DNA of 49,117 nt, from contig JBPCTY010000135.1 of NCBI GenBank assembly GCA_051011415.1, positions 1 to 49,117 of the forward strand. Reading direction: 5' to 3'. The notes beneath the pieces are model-generated. The model was not told where the DNA came from. It did not search any database and saw nothing but the letters and a program-made list of their open reading frames with translations. The stretch comes from Acidimicrobiia bacterium. Lineage in GTDB: Bacteria; Actinomycetota; Acidimicrobiia; Spongiisociales; UBA5794. This document shows positions 9,751 through 22,972 of this stretch, one piece after another. Positions within the stretch are counted from its first letter, which is position 1. The number at the start of each line of letters is the position of its first letter. Both the position numbers and the translations under genes were made by a program.

Positions 9751-9933
9751 CTATCTCGCCTGGCTAGGAATAATGCTGCTTGCGAGCCGCACCGAGGCAC
9801 CGCCGTCAATGTATTCCATACCGTGGTGTTCGTGGAGATGCGCGAGTGCTTTTTCCCTCGCCGCCTCTGGCGTATCGCTTGTCTCGCGGTGGGAACAACC
9901 GGGGATCATTCTTTCGCACACGTATTCGAACAT
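9751..9933 (-). CDS. Small DUF1059-like putative metal-binding protein
   Basis: 60 aa with C-x6-C and H-x-H-x-HHG. Strong RBS GAGGAGGAG directly upstream of the ATG. Confidence 0.7.
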   Translation of the reverse strand: MFEYVCERMIPGCSHRETSDTPEAAREKALAHLHEHHGMEYIDGGASVRLASSIIPSQAR

Positions 9934-10021
9934 TGCTCCTCCTCAACTCCGAGATGAGACCCTACCGAACTGGGTGGTCTCGAGCTCGGTCAGGCGTGCC
10001 GTGACCGATACTGTGGTCTCG

Positions 10022-11074
10022 ATGACTTTCGGTGACCTCATATCGATTGATTGGAGCCATGTGCGCCTCAGGCGTGCTGCGTTTGGCGTGGTCGCGATGC
10101 TGATTGCAGTCGCGATCATCGGTGTCGTCGGTGATGTGGCTCTGACCGTGGTTATCGCGGTGTTGTTTGTAACCGCATCGGGTAGGTCGGAGGAGTGGAG
10201 CTACCGCTGGAAGAGCATGGCCCGATTCACCTTGTACGGCTCGATCATCGGCGGTCTCTCGTTTTGGTCGATCGAGTCGGCTCTTGGCGTCGCCGTTGTG
10301 CTTGGCATTGCGACATACATCGGGACGCTTGCAGCCGTCGAGGGCCCAGAAGCTGGCAAGGCAGGGTTGTTTCTCACTCTGTGGGCACTCTTTGCAATCA
10401 TGCTCGGGTCGAGTTCGACACCGGCGATCGCCGTGATGATTGCCTACGCAGTCGGTGGGGCACTAGCAATAGCAGTGACAGGGGTTCGCTGGTACTTCCG
10501 ACAAACAGATCGGTCGACAACGCCGCCGGAGTCCGGCGGCGGGCCTGATAGTTCTGAAGATCGACCTGGGGTGGTCCGCTGGGTCGCAGATGCAGCGACG
10601 GGGCCCGTCGGTCAGTTTGCGATCGTTCGCACCGTCGGAGTGATCGTTGGAGCGCTTCTTGGGGCGTGGTGGTTCCCGTCCTACCCGCTGTGGGTCGCGA
10701 TCACCGTGATCGTTGTCGTCCGGCCATCGGCGGCTGATGCGATGACTGTTGCGGCAGAGCGCACCCTCGGTACGGTGCTCGGCGTCCTGCTGGCGGTCGC
10801 GGTGGCGTCAGTGCTTACGACCAATGACACCGGGGTGCTGCTGGCATTTGTGCTGTCGGCCTTCTTCATGATGGCGTTCAACAACGCCAACTACACGCTG
10901 TTCGCGATGTTCCTCACGGCGATGCTCGTGCTCGGCCAACGGCTTGTGCAGGCCGACGCTTTCGACGCTGGTATGGATCGTCTGCTGGCCACATTTGCCG
11001 GAGGTGTGCTTTCCATGGCATTGGTGCTGATCGCCGAGCAACTGTGGGCATTCAACGCTGACCAGGCTCAATGA
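10022..11074 (+). CDS. FUSC-like (aromatic acid exporter family) membrane protein
   Basis: Multiple TM helices with WVAITVIVVVRP, ERTLGT..G and RLLAT..G. The ATG at 10022 lies 7 nt after TACTGT. Confidence 0.8.
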   Translation: MTFGDLISIDWSHVRLRRAAFGVVAMLIAVAIIGVVGDVALTVVIAVLFVTASGRSEEWSYRWKSMARFTLYGSIIGGLSFWSIESALGVAVVLGIATYIGTLAAVEGPEAGKAGLFLTLWALFAIMLGSSSTPAIAVMIAYAVGGALAIAVTGVRWYFRQTDRSTTPPESGGGPDSSEDRPGVVRWVADAATGPVGQFAIVRTVGVIVGALLGAWWFPSYPLWVAITVIVVVRPSAADAMTVAAERTLGTVLGVLLAVAVASVLTTNDTGVLLAFVLSAFFMMAFNNANYTLFAMFLTAMLVLGQRLVQADAFDAGMDRLLATFAGGVLSMALVLIAEQLWAFNADQAQ

Positions 11075-11948
11075 TCTGGCGTCGGTGCGCGGCCATGCGC
11101 TCAGCAAGATGTGGATAGTCGTGATCGATGGCGAAGGTGTAATCGTCCCACCACCCGTCGCGATCCGGATTGAACCGACGGACGGGTGCCAGTGATTCGA
11201 GGGCTGTGTCTTTGAGGTGGCGCTCAGCGCTGCGGAGACGTTCCGGGCTTGCGTCCCGTGCCTCGATTGGCGGGAGCACAGCAACGTCCACCCGTTGACC
11301 AAACCGAACCGTTGTATCAAAGGGGTAGCCCCACACCCTGTGCGTTCCGGAGATCGACACGGGGAGGATCGGAAGATCCAGGCTCCTTGAAAGCCGCCCG
11401 ATGCCCTGTTCAAACGCAATCTCAACCCCAAGCACAGATCCTTGCGGAAACACGACTATGTCGAAGCCGGCAGCTTGTGCCGTGCGTGTGTCCTCAAGAA
11501 ACCGTCTCAGCGATCCTGGAGTTCTCAAGTCCGGTACGACGATCTGACCGGACCGCCGCAACGTGCCTCCGAACAACTCGTGGTCGAGCAGTTCCTGGCG
11601 CACGGTGAATACCGGACGGAGCGGGAGACTCATCACGACTGGTGCGTCGACGAAACTCTCATGCAAGGGTGTGACCAAATAGGTGCGTGAAGGGTCGATG
11701 TTCTCTCGGCCGGAAAGGCGTAGGTCGATGCGGGCGGCGGAGATCAGTAGTTGCGACCACCTGCGGGCGATCGACGCGCGTGCGTGTCTCGCAGCGAGAG
11801 GCGCTGTGAGCGCTGCAGCGCGGAGCGAGCCTCGGACTGCAATCTCACTCGCTCGCGTTCGAGCCACATCGCGTCGAGATTCCGGATCAAAACGGCAGGC
11901 GAGCGGCTCGATGTCTGGGGTCGCTTGCGGACTGGGGATCGCATCCAT
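11052..11948 (-). CDS. Lysophospholipid/PlsC-family acyltransferase
   Basis: HX4D motif (HESFVD), VVFPQG (usually FPEG) and LPILPVSISGT. Confidence 0.8.
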   Translation of the reverse strand: MDAIPSPQATPDIEPLACRFDPESRRDVARTRASEIAVRGSLRAAALTAPLAARHARASIARRWSQLLISAARIDLRLSGRENIDPSRTYLVTPLHESFVDAPVVMSLPLRPVFTVRQELLDHELFGGTLRRSGQIVVPDLRTPGSLRRFLEDTRTAQAAGFDIVVFPQGSVLGVEIAFEQGIGRLSRSLDLPILPVSISGTHRVWGYPFDTTVRFGQRVDVAVLPPIEARDASPERLRSAERHLKDTALESLAPVRRFNPDRDGWWDDYTFAIDHDYPHLAERMAAHRRQIIEPGQR

Positions 11949-11996
11949 GAGTGTTCAACGATGTGTGGCGGTTGGCGGTTCCGAGTCGAACACGTG

Positions 11997-12467
11997 TCAT
12001 CCGCCTGGTTTCGTAAAGTCAGCAACGGTGGCACCCAGAGCCTCCACGAGAAGGCTGCCATCGACGGTGATCGACACGCCCGGCGCTCCGCCTCCGACCG
12101 ACACCGATCCCGCTGTCAAACGCTCGTCTGCGAAGACAGGCCAGGGCTCCGATGCGCCGAATGGGGTGATCGTGCCGCGGACGTATCCGGTGACCGCGAG
12201 CGCCTCGTCCGCGTCTGGCATCGACAGCCGGCGTTCATCCAGCAGGGTCCTCAGCTTCGCCCAGTCGATGACCCGATCTCCTGGCACCAGCGCAAAGATG
12301 TAGGCACTTTCAGTCCTTCGGACGACCATGGTCTTTATCACCGCAGATGGCTCAACGCCTCGTCTCACTGCAGCTTCCTCCAAGGAGTTCACGCGTTCGT
12401 GGCGGACCACTGAGTGAGCTAGGTCCTTGAGCCTGGGATCCTCGAGTGCGGGTGTTGATTCTGCCAT
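11997..12467 (-). CDS. YbaK/EbsC family aminoacyl-tRNA deacylase
   Basis: Contains [25 protein letters not shown] and SVGGG. Confidence 0.88.
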   Translation of the reverse strand: MAESTPALEDPRLKDLAHSVVRHERVNSLEEAAVRRGVEPSAVIKTMVVRRTESAYIFALVPGDRVIDWAKLRTLLDERRLSMPDADEALAVTGYVRGTITPFGASEPWPVFADERLTAGSVSVGGGAPGVSITVDGSLLVEALGATVADFTKPGG

Positions 12468-12530
12468 GGGCGCATCTTGGCACAGACTGTTGGTGCTACC
12501 TTGCGCCACGATGCAGATCGAGAGGGTCGC

Positions 12531-13919
12531 ATGACGATGAACGCAGACGCAATGATCCTGTTCGGGATCACGGGGGACCTTGCCAGACGCAAGCTCTTTC
12601 CTGCTCTGTACGACCTCTTCGTCGACGAAGAAATCGACCTTCCGATTGTGGGAGTCGCATCACGGCCGTGGACAACAGAGCAGCTGGTTGAACATGCGCA
12701 CCAGTCGCTGGTCGACGGCGGGGTGATTGTCGATAACGATGCGTTCGGGCGAATGGCCTCGTGTCTGCGATACGTGTCCGGCGACTACCGAGAGTCCGAC
12801 ACCTATGCGACTATCCGAGAGGTTGTCGGCGACTGCACCTGTTCTGTGGCGTACCTCGCAGTGCCGCCTTCATTGATCGATGACGTGGTCCACGGACTGG
12901 CTTCTGTTGGTCTCAATCAGACAGGCAGGCTGGTGGTGGAGAAGCCGTTTGGAAGAGATGGCGCTTCGGCGGCGGCTCTGAGCAAGATCGTTCATGATGC
13001 GTACCCGGAGGACAGGGTCTTTCGGATTGATCACTTCCTCGGCAAGGAAGCGGTTCAGAACCTGATGGTGTTTCGATTCGCAAACACCCTGCTCGAGCCG
13101 GTCTGGAATCGCGGCTTCGTGTCTTCTGTGGAGATCACAATCGCCGAAGACTTCGGCGTTGAAGATCGCGGACGCTTCTATGACGACGTGGGTGCGATTC
13201 GCGACATCGTGCAGAATCACATGCTGCAGATGGTTGCGCTCCTCGCGATGGAACCGCCGACGTCTGATGCGCCCGATGATGTGCGAGACGAACGCGTCAA
13301 GGTGCTGCGTGCGATCCGCACGATCGGGCCTGAAGATGCCGTGCTCGGTCAATATGCGGGCTACCTCGATGAGCCCGGCGTGGACCCCGGATCGTCTACC
13401 GAGACCTTTGCTGCGATCCGCCTGTACATCGATTCGTGGCGATGGGCGGGTGTGCCTTGGATCCTCAGGACAGGGAAGGGACTTGGGAGGACCGTAACCG
13501 AGGCGGTCGTGGAGTTTGTCAGTCCACCACGACTGCTCTTCGCAGGGAACGGCGAGTCCCCCGAGCCAAACCGGCTGATCTTCAGAACCAAGCCGGACTC
13601 CGAGATCGAATTGACGCTGCAAGCCAAGGAGCCTGGAGACGGACTGGTGAGCGGACCGGTCGAGCTCCACACGGAGCACAATCGATCGAAGGGACGGGAC
13701 GCATATGAGCGTCTGCTTGCCGCAGCCCTGCGGGGCGACCCGAGTTCGTTTGCTCGGGAAGACGGTGTGATGGAGGCGTGGAGGATCGTTGATTCACTCC
13801 TCGGGGCCGGTTCGTCTGTTGAGACGTACCCGGTTGGTAGCTCCGGACCCCTGGCGGCTGATCGGCTACTTGCCGACGGGCGATCCTGGAACACCGACGT
13901 GACCGTGACAGCTGGCTAG
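12531..13919 (+). CDS. zwf: Glucose-6-phosphate 1-dehydrogenase
   Basis: Contains [37 protein letters not shown] and [13 protein letters not shown]. Confidence 0.96.
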   Translation: MTMNADAMILFGITGDLARRKLFPALYDLFVDEEIDLPIVGVASRPWTTEQLVEHAHQSLVDGGVIVDNDAFGRMASCLRYVSGDYRESDTYATIREVVGDCTCSVAYLAVPPSLIDDVVHGLASVGLNQTGRLVVEKPFGRDGASAAALSKIVHDAYPEDRVFRIDHFLGKEAVQNLMVFRFANTLLEPVWNRGFVSSVEITIAEDFGVEDRGRFYDDVGAIRDIVQNHMLQMVALLAMEPPTSDAPDDVRDERVKVLRAIRTIGPEDAVLGQYAGYLDEPGVDPGSSTETFAAIRLYIDSWRWAGVPWILRTGKGLGRTVTEAVVEFVSPPRLLFAGNGESPEPNRLIFRTKPDSEIELTLQAKEPGDGLVSGPVELHTEHNRSKGRDAYERLLAAALRGDPSSFAREDGVMEAWRIVDSLLGAGSSVETYPVGSSGPLAADRLLADGRSWNTDVTVTAG

Positions 13920-13943
13920 CTGCAGACGACGACTCCGCCGGGA

Positions 13944-16502
<2,559 letters not shown>

Positions 16503-16512
16503 ATGGCGAGTG

Positions 16513-16540
16513 AATATACCCGTGATGGGTTCAATGTCAA
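16513..16540 (-). promoter_or_regulatory. Sigma70/HrdB-type promoter of the met leader (TTGACA-N16-TATATT)
   Basis: Perfect -35 TTGACA (16540-16535, overlapping the mscS stop) and -10 TATATT (16518-16513), 10 nt before the leader ATG. Confidence 0.7.
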
Positions 16541-17415
16541 TTCTCGTTGCCCGGACTCTGGTCGCCAGGATTCTGTTTGGCCCCCCACCAGAGGGTTGCC
16601 TGTGGGAAGGCGAACACGATCCCCTTGTCGTAGAACGCTTGATACGAGGCTCGTGCAGCCGCGTCGACAGCGGTCCACTCCGCCAACAGGTCTGACTGGT
16701 GCCAAAACCGAAGGATGATTCGGACCGAGGACGACTCGAACGATGCGACGAGAGCGGCCGGTGCCGGTTTGGTAAGGATTGCATCGAGTCCGACAAGCGA
16801 CTCTTCAGCAGTTCGGCAAGCGTTGTCGAGGTCCGTTCCGTATTCGACATCCAGCACAACATGGCTCATGCGGAGTCTGCGATGCGTCAGGTTGACGATC
16901 GTGTTGGAAAGAACCGACGTGTTGGGAATGAACACCCTGCGGTTGTCGATCGTGTCGAGCACCACAACCCGCGAGTTGACTTCCTTCACCACACCAGTGC
17001 TCTCATCGAGTTGTACAAGGTCGCCTGGTTCGAAAGGAGCGCGTGCCTGGAGCAGTATCCCGGATCCGAAGTTCGCGATAAAGGGCTGACCAGCAACGAA
17101 CAGAATCACAAGGACGATGAGGATGAACACCCAGAGAGGAGCAACGGTGAACCCGAGGAAGCTCAGTGCGATCGCAGTTGCGACGAGGATTGCGGTCCAC
17201 ATCGTGATCGTTCCAAGCAGGTCGACGACGTTTGCTGGAAGGTTTGCCCGCCCGCCGTATCGGCGGACCGCGCTACGTGCCACCCTCCCGACGATGTAGC
17301 CGACGAGAAGACAAACAATCGCCCACAGCGGGTCGAACGGAGACACTTCGGTGGTGTCGATCATCCCATCAGGGACTCCAGGAATCTGGGCGAGGACGGT
17401 GACCAGTGCGTGCAT
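16537..17415 (-). CDS. Small-conductance mechanosensitive channel (MscS family)
   Basis: Three TM helices, then NFGSGILL, PFEPGD, GVVKEV, VFIPN..V...IVN and GIVFAFPQ. Confidence 0.9.
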   Translation of the reverse strand: MHALVTVLAQIPGVPDGMIDTTEVSPFDPLWAIVCLLVGYIVGRVARSAVRRYGGRANLPANVVDLLGTITMWTAILVATAIALSFLGFTVAPLWVFILIVLVILFVAGQPFIANFGSGILLQARAPFEPGDLVQLDESTGVVKEVNSRVVVLDTIDNRRVFIPNTSVLSNTIVNLTHRRLRMSHVVLDVEYGTDLDNACRTAEESLVGLDAILTKPAPAALVASFESSSVRIILRFWHQSDLLAEWTAVDAAARASYQAFYDKGIVFAFPQATLWWGAKQNPGDQSPGNEN

Positions 17416-17488
17416 GGTGCGATTCTGCCGCACTCACGGTCGAAACGTGCGCTATGTGACGGCGTGCGCTTCCCGATAGGGTGGCGGC

Positions 17489-18700
17489 ATGAGAACTTCA
17501 TACACGAATGCACGTATCTGGACGGGTGCTGGAACCTCGCACGAGGCCGGTTCTGTCATCGTCGATGGAACACAGATCGAGGCTGTCACGGACGCATCCG
17601 TTGATGCTGACGAAACGGTTGATCTGAACGGGGCCTATGTGCTTCCCGGCCTGATCGACGCCCACTCCCATACGGGTATCTGGGGAGAGGGTGGTCAGGA
17701 CGACTACGACGGGAACGAGATCTCGGCGTCCACGACGCCCTACATCAGGACCATCGACTCCATCTACCCGGAGGACATCGGGTTCGACGATTCTCGTCGT
17801 GGCGGTGTCACGACGCTTGGCATCATGCACGGATCTGCCAATGCGATTGGCGGACAGACGTCGGTTGTCAAAGCTGCTGGCTCAACTGCGGACGAGATGG
17901 TGATCCGCGCCCCGGCTGGGGTGAAGATGGCTCTCGGTGAGAACCCGAAGAAAGTGGGGGAGCACTACAAAAGAGAGCCCAACTCTCGGATGGGTGTGGC
18001 TTGGATCGCCCGTCGGACGTTCTACGAGGCCATCGAATACCGCAAGGACCTCGCACACCATGAAGCATTGGTCCTTGCACAGGAGTCGAAGGATGCATCG
18101 GAAAGAGTTCCTCTGAGAGAGCCAAAGCGCGACTTGGGCAAGGAAATGCTTCTACGGGTCCTCGATCGCGAGTTCCCGATACGCAACCACGCTCACCGAA
18201 TGGATGACATCCGCACAGCGATTCGACTCTCCGACGAGTTCGGATACGACCTTGTGATTGACCACGGCACGGAGGCGTACCGCATCGCAGACGAGATCGC
18301 CGACCGAGGGATCCCATTGGCGCTGGGTCCGATGTTCGGTTGGAGGTCAAAGCGTGAGGTGAACAAGCAGACAGCTGCGAACGTGGGGTTCATGGTTGAA
18401 CGCGGCGTCTCAGTGTCCGTCATGACCGACTCGCCATTTGCTCCGGTCCACCATCTTCGAGACCTGGTGATCCTTGCAATTCGGGAAGGGCTCGATCCGG
18501 ATGATGCCCTGGCAACGGTCACGATGAACCCGGCAAACCTCCTGGGAGTCAGCGAGCGTGTGGGATCGCTCGAAGAAGGCAAGGATGCAGACTTCATCGT
18601 GATGGATGGAGACCCTTGGGATGCGAGGAGCCATGTCCTCGCCACCTACATCAACGGGGTTCAGGTCCACGAGCGTACGGGGCCTTACCTGCCGCTGTAG
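17489..18700 (+). CDS. Amidohydrolase family protein (metal-dependent)
   Basis: Contains PGLIDAHSHTG, GGVTT, KMALGENPK, HAHR, DHG, TDSP and GSLEEGKDADF. Confidence 0.9.
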   Translation: MRTSYTNARIWTGAGTSHEAGSVIVDGTQIEAVTDASVDADETVDLNGAYVLPGLIDAHSHTGIWGEGGQDDYDGNEISASTTPYIRTIDSIYPEDIGFDDSRRGGVTTLGIMHGSANAIGGQTSVVKAAGSTADEMVIRAPAGVKMALGENPKKVGEHYKREPNSRMGVAWIARRTFYEAIEYRKDLAHHEALVLAQESKDASERVPLREPKRDLGKEMLLRVLDREFPIRNHAHRMDDIRTAIRLSDEFGYDLVIDHGTEAYRIADEIADRGIPLALGPMFGWRSKREVNKQTAANVGFMVERGVSVSVMTDSPFAPVHHLRDLVILAIREGLDPDDALATVTMNPANLLGVSERVGSLEEGKDADFIVMDGDPWDARSHVLATYINGVQVHERTGPYLPL

Positions 18701-20053
18701 TCAGGTTGTGTCGGCTTGAAGATTCTCGAAGTCCCACTCGTCGCGAGATCGACGCGCAACGTCGACATCCACCTTCCACAAGAGAATGAGGCCAATGATG
18801 AAGAAGGCCGCCACTGAAACGATCGCCGCTCTACCGCTGCCGGTAGCCGCGCTGACAGCACCGAACACGAACGGGCCGATCCCGGAAAGCTTCGAGAAGA
18901 CAGAAAAGAATCCAAAGAACTCGGCGCTTGCGTCCTCGGGAATCATCGACCCATAGAGGCTTCTGCTCAGCGCCTGCACGCCACCCAGAACGAACCCCAC
19001 GAGTGAAGCAAGAGCGAGGAACCCGGCATCAGATCCTTCCGGCAGGAAGAACGCTACGAAGGCAAGTGCAGTCCACACGACGAGCGACACCATGACGGCG
19101 TTCTTGGGTCCGATCACGTTTGCCAGCCTGCCAAAGAGCAATGCCCCAAAGAACGCAATGAACTGCACGAGGAGAAATCCGAGGGCGATCGTCTGAAGCT
19201 CGAGACCCAGGGTGTCCTCCGCATACGGCCCAGATACGGCAATCACGGTGCCGACGCCACTGTTGTAGACGATGAAGGCGATCACGAACAGGAGAAGCTG
19301 GGGGAACTGCCCGAGCTTCTTCGTTGTCGCGATGGTTCGATCGAACCCGGTTCTCGCATAGGTCGCCAATGTTGCGCTTTCGCCGCTCGACGTGTCTGCT
19401 GGCAACCTCGCCAGCGAGAACAACGAGAAACCGATCCACCACAGCCCCGACCCGAATATCGCGATGCGTGCAGCGAGCTCCTCCGTGAGTGCTGCATCCG
19501 GCTCATCGCTTGATAGAAAGATCAGCACTATTGCAATCAGTAGATACAAGCCGCCACCGAGATAGCCGAGCGCAAATCCCCGTGAGGACACCTGATCAAT
19601 CGTGTCATCAGTCGCGATCTCGGGTAGGAACCCGTCGTAGAACACGTTTGCCGCCACGAAACCGAACTGGCTCACCACGACAACGATCAAGAACAGCGGA
19701 ACCTGACCATCTGGGACGAAGGGGACGAGAAGGACGAAGATTGCGCCGATGAGCGCAAAGTTGCGGAGGAACCGTCGTTTCGAGTTCGAGTAGTCAGCCA
19801 TTGCACCGAGGATCGGCATGGCAAGCATCAACGCGAGCGAACCGATCCCGATGAGGATGGAGAAGAGCGCCTCGCCGGAAAGACCCCAGTAGGTGTCGCC
19901 CTGCATGATCGTTCCGGTGAAGAACGCACCTATCACCGCTCCGAATATCGTGATGTATGCGGAGTTCGCCCAGTCATACATCGCCCATCCAAAGATCGTG
20001 CGCTTGTCGTTCCGTTGATCTGTCAAGGCTTCCTCACCGGCTGGTTTCGCCAA
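18701..20053 (-). CDS. MFS transporter (UMF1/Atg22-like)
   Basis: Contains WAMYDWANSAY, ANVFYDGFLPEI, GGVQALSRSLY and AEFFGFF. The exact start is uncertain. Confidence 0.9.
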   Translation of the reverse strand: MAKPAGEEALTDQRNDKRTIFGWAMYDWANSAYITIFGAVIGAFFTGTIMQGDTYWGLSGEALFSILIGIGSLALMLAMPILGAMADYSNSKRRFLRNFALIGAIFVLLVPFVPDGQVPLFLIVVVVSQFGFVAANVFYDGFLPEIATDDTIDQVSSRGFALGYLGGGLYLLIAIVLIFLSSDEPDAALTEELAARIAIFGSGLWWIGFSLFSLARLPADTSSGESATLATYARTGFDRTIATTKKLGQFPQLLLFVIAFIVYNSGVGTVIAVSGPYAEDTLGLELQTIALGFLLVQFIAFFGALLFGRLANVIGPKNAVMVSLVVWTALAFVAFFLPEGSDAGFLALASLVGFVLGGVQALSRSLYGSMIPEDASAEFFGFFSVFSKLSGIGPFVFGAVSAATGSGRAAIVSVAAFFIIGLILLWKVDVDVARRSRDEWDFENLQADTT

Positions 20054-20179
20054 ACTAGCAGCGGTGTACCAGAGCTCTCCGCCGGACCCACAGATTTTCT
20101 CAGGAACCCTTCATGCTGCTGTAAGCGTCGATTCAGCATGACTTGGTTACATACGACCAAGCCCCAGAGGAGTTCCAGC

Positions 20180-20764
20180 TTGCTCATCCGAATCATCATC
20201 ACGATTGCAGCACTCAGCCTGTTCCTCGCTGCGTGCTCAAGTGGGTCGAGCACCGGTGTTGCAAGCATCGCCGACAACACCGATGTCGTTCCATCGGTCG
20301 ACGAAACAGCGTCGGCCGCAGTGGATGATGAGGACGCCTTGCTCGCCTTTGCAGCATGCATGCGAGACAACGGTGTCGAGGGATTCGAGGATCCGCAGAT
20401 CAATTCTGACGGAACGATCGAGTTCAGCCGACCCTCCGGTGAGGGCGAAACGATTGATCGAGCGGCGCTGCGGACCGCGAGAGATGCCTGTGCGTCGCAT
20501 CTCGAGGGGCTTGCATTCGGACCAGGCAGCGTCGACCGATCTGAGATCGAAGACACACTCGTCGAGTTTGCGACTTGCATGCGCGAGAACGGTGTTGATA
20601 TGCCTGACCCGGACTTCTCGGGAGAACCCGGGGAGGGCACCGCTCGTGGTCCCTTTGGCGACATCGATACAGAGGCCCCCGCATTCGAGGAAGCCCTCGA
20701 GACATGCCAAGAAGCCTTCGGCGGCCAGCTCCGCATTCCAGGTGGACGAGGTGGTCGCGGATGA
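20180..20764 (+). CDS. Lipoprotein with two F.xCMR.NGV repeats (paralog 1)
   Basis: Lipobox LAAC and repeats FAACMRDNGV/FATCMRENGV. TTG start with a GAGGAG RBS; an alternative ATG lies at 20138. Confidence 0.8.
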   Translation: MLIRIIITIAALSLFLAACSSGSSTGVASIADNTDVVPSVDETASAAVDDEDALLAFAACMRDNGVEGFEDPQINSDGTIEFSRPSGEGETIDRAALRTARDACASHLEGLAFGPGSVDRSEIEDTLVEFATCMRENGVDMPDPDFSGEPGEGTARGPFGDIDTEAPAFEEALETCQEAFGGQLRIPGGRGGRG

Positions 20765-20822
20765 CCCTTCTCAACCGGACAGTTCTATTCAGCCAATTCC
20801 TAGTAGCCAGGAGAACCACACG

Positions 20823-21422
20823 ATGAAACGAACCATGCTGCTTCTTGCGGGAATCGCACTGATTGTCGCCGCGTGCGGCGGAGCCGATGACAGCCAGGTC
20901 GCAAGCCTCGACGGCGGACTTCAGTCCCAGGATGAGTCCGCAGAGAGCGCGTCGCAGAAGTCAGACGAGGAGGCACTCCTCGCTTTTTCTGCGTGCATGC
21001 GTGACAACGGCGTCGAAGACTTCGAGGACCCGATCGTGAATGCTGACGGAAGCGTCGAGTTCGGTGCGCTTGAGGGTTCAGGGACGGATCCGTTTGGTGG
21101 AGTCGATCGGGAGGTCGTCGAGGCCGCATTCTCGGCGTGCACTGAATACCTCGAAGGGCTCTCCTTCGGCCCAGGTGGCGCCGACTTCGATCTGACGGAG
21201 ATCGAGGACACGTTTGTCGAGTTTGCAGCGTGTATGCGTGACAACGGCATCGAGATCGATGACCCCGATTTCTCGAATCTCCTCGGCGGTGGCGAGGGTG
21301 GATCGAACGCAGTATCGCCGTTTGGTGATCTCGACTTCGCCGATCCCGAGGTTCGGGCAGCGCTTGAGGAATGCCAAGAGGCGTTCGCTGGATTCGGTCG
21401 GTTCGGTGGAGGCGACTCCTGA
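20823..21422 (+). CDS. Lipoprotein with two F.xCMRDNG repeats (paralog 2)
   Basis: Signal MKRTMLLLAGIALIVAAC, RBS AGGAG, and clear similarity to 20180-20764. Confidence 0.85.
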   Translation: MKRTMLLLAGIALIVAACGGADDSQVASLDGGLQSQDESAESASQKSDEEALLAFSACMRDNGVEDFEDPIVNADGSVEFGALEGSGTDPFGGVDREVVEAAFSACTEYLEGLSFGPGGADFDLTEIEDTFVEFAACMRDNGIEIDDPDFSNLLGGGEGGSNAVSPFGDLDFADPEVRAALEECQEAFAGFGRFGGGDS

Positions 21423-22972
21423 TGTCGGACACCATCGACACGTCGGAGACCACGTCAGAGGCGGATTTCGAGGCTGAGCCGGTAGGCAAGCGCCGATGGC
21501 CATGGATTGTTGTAGGCATCGTCGTTGTCGCACTCACCGCAGCAGCCCTTGCATTCGTGTTCACAGGTTCCGAGGCTCCGGAGGAAGAGCTTGCACTGAG
21601 CACGGCGACGGTCGAACGCAGCAACCTGATCGCTATGGAGACTCTGTCTGGAACACTCGGGTACGGAAGCGCAGACGCAATCTCATACCAGTCGTCGCCG
21701 GACGGCATTGTCACCGTTGAAGGGCTCAAGGCTGGATTCGTCACCGACGTTTCGGATCCAGAAGTAATCATCGAGTCCGGCGACGTGCTGTATGAGGTGA
21801 ACACCGAGCCAGTCGTGGTGCTCGACGGTGACGTTCCTGCCTACCGGACTTTTGAAAGCCGAATGTCGGATGGATCAGATGTGGAGCAGCTCGAACAGGC
21901 GCTCGTGGATCTTGGTTTCGATCCAGACAACGACATCGAGATCGATGAGGACTTCACTGCTGCAACGGCGGATGCGATCGAACTCCTCCAAGCAGCCATC
22001 GGGGCTGCGGAGACTGGGCGTCTGCTGCTTGGCGACGTCATCTTCGCTCCGATGCCTTCCTTTATCTCCGAAATGCTCGTCGAGATAGGCGACCAGGTGC
22101 AAGCTGGCATGTCCATCGCAGCAGCCTCGAAGGCGCTGAGCGGAACTGCCACATGGGTCACGGAAGAGGGCTCTCTCATCGCTGCTGGCGAAACGTTGTT
22201 TGCCATCGATGGCGAAGCAGTCGTGCTGCTTGTCGGCGACATCCCGTTGTACCGAACGCTCCGCCAAGGTATGCAGGGTGAGGACGTTGCCCAGCTGCAG
22301 CAGAGCCTCCTTGATCTCGGCTTTGGCACCGACGAGTCGCTTGCGATCACCGGCGAGTTTGATGATGCAACCGTCCTCTCGGTTGCTGCGTGGCAGGCCG
22401 CATCCGGAGCGGTACCAGATGGTGTCGTCAACATCGGCGATGTCGTGATCCAGCCATCGACCATCAGAGTGAACGAAACGCTGATCTCCGTTGGAGACGC
22501 CGTCGGTCCGGGAACAATGCTGCTGACTGCATCTGTGAGCGACACGTTCGTAACGGTTGAACTGTCCACCGATGATCAAGATCTCGTTGCAGTTGGAGAC
22601 GCCGTCATTGTCGAACTTCCGTCAGGGAGCCAGGAACCCGCTGTGGTGACGGAGATCGGATCGGTCGTCCTCGCTACGCAACAGGGAGAGACATACTTCG
22701 AAATGACCGTCACGCTCGACAGCCCTGACGCTGCCCAAGGCCTTGACAGGGCCCCTGTGGATGTTGAAGTGATCGGCGACAGGGCCGACGACGTGCTTGT
22801 CGTCCCTGTGACCTCGTTGCTCGCGCTTGCCGAGGGAGGCTACGCGGTTGAGGTCGTCGCATCGGACGGATCGACTGTCCTCGTTGCGGCTGATCCTGGA
22901 CTATTCGCAGATGGGTTTGTCGAGGTGTCGTCAGGCACGCTCGAGGCAGGAATGCAGGTTGTGGTTCCGTGA
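21422..22972 (+). CDS. Peptidoglycan-binding, membrane-fusion/adaptor-like subunit
   Basis: N-terminal TM helix, two PG-binding-type modules (G.DV.QL.Q.L.DLGF...F...T) and a C-terminal VLVVPV..L / GLFADGFVEV segment. Confidence 0.85.
   Translation: MSDTIDTSETTSEADFEAEPVGKRRWPWIVVGIVVVALTAAALAFVFTGSEAPEEELALSTATVERSNLIAMETLSGTLGYGSADAISYQSSPDGIVTVEGLKAGFVTDVSDPEVIIESGDVLYEVNTEPVVVLDGDVPAYRTFESRMSDGSDVEQLEQALVDLGFDPDNDIEIDEDFTAATADAIELLQAAIGAAETGRLLLGDVIFAPMPSFISEMLVEIGDQVQAGMSIAAASKALSGTATWVTEEGSLIAAGETLFAIDGEAVVLLVGDIPLYRTLRQGMQGEDVAQLQQSLLDLGFGTDESLAITGEFDDATVLSVAAWQAASGAVPDGVVNIGDVVIQPSTIRVNETLISVGDAVGPGTMLLTASVSDTFVTVELSTDDQDLVAVGDAVIVELPSGSQEPAVVTEIGSVVLATQQGETYFEMTVTLDSPDAAQGLDRAPVDVEVIGDRADDVLVVPVTSLLALAEGGYAVEVVASDGSTVLVAADPGLFADGFVEVSSGTLEAGMQVVVP

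Noticed and set aside
9635-10021. N-terminal extension of the FUSC ORF
   Set aside because: It overlaps two opposite-strand genes, and the ATG at 10022 has a -10-like element directly upstream.
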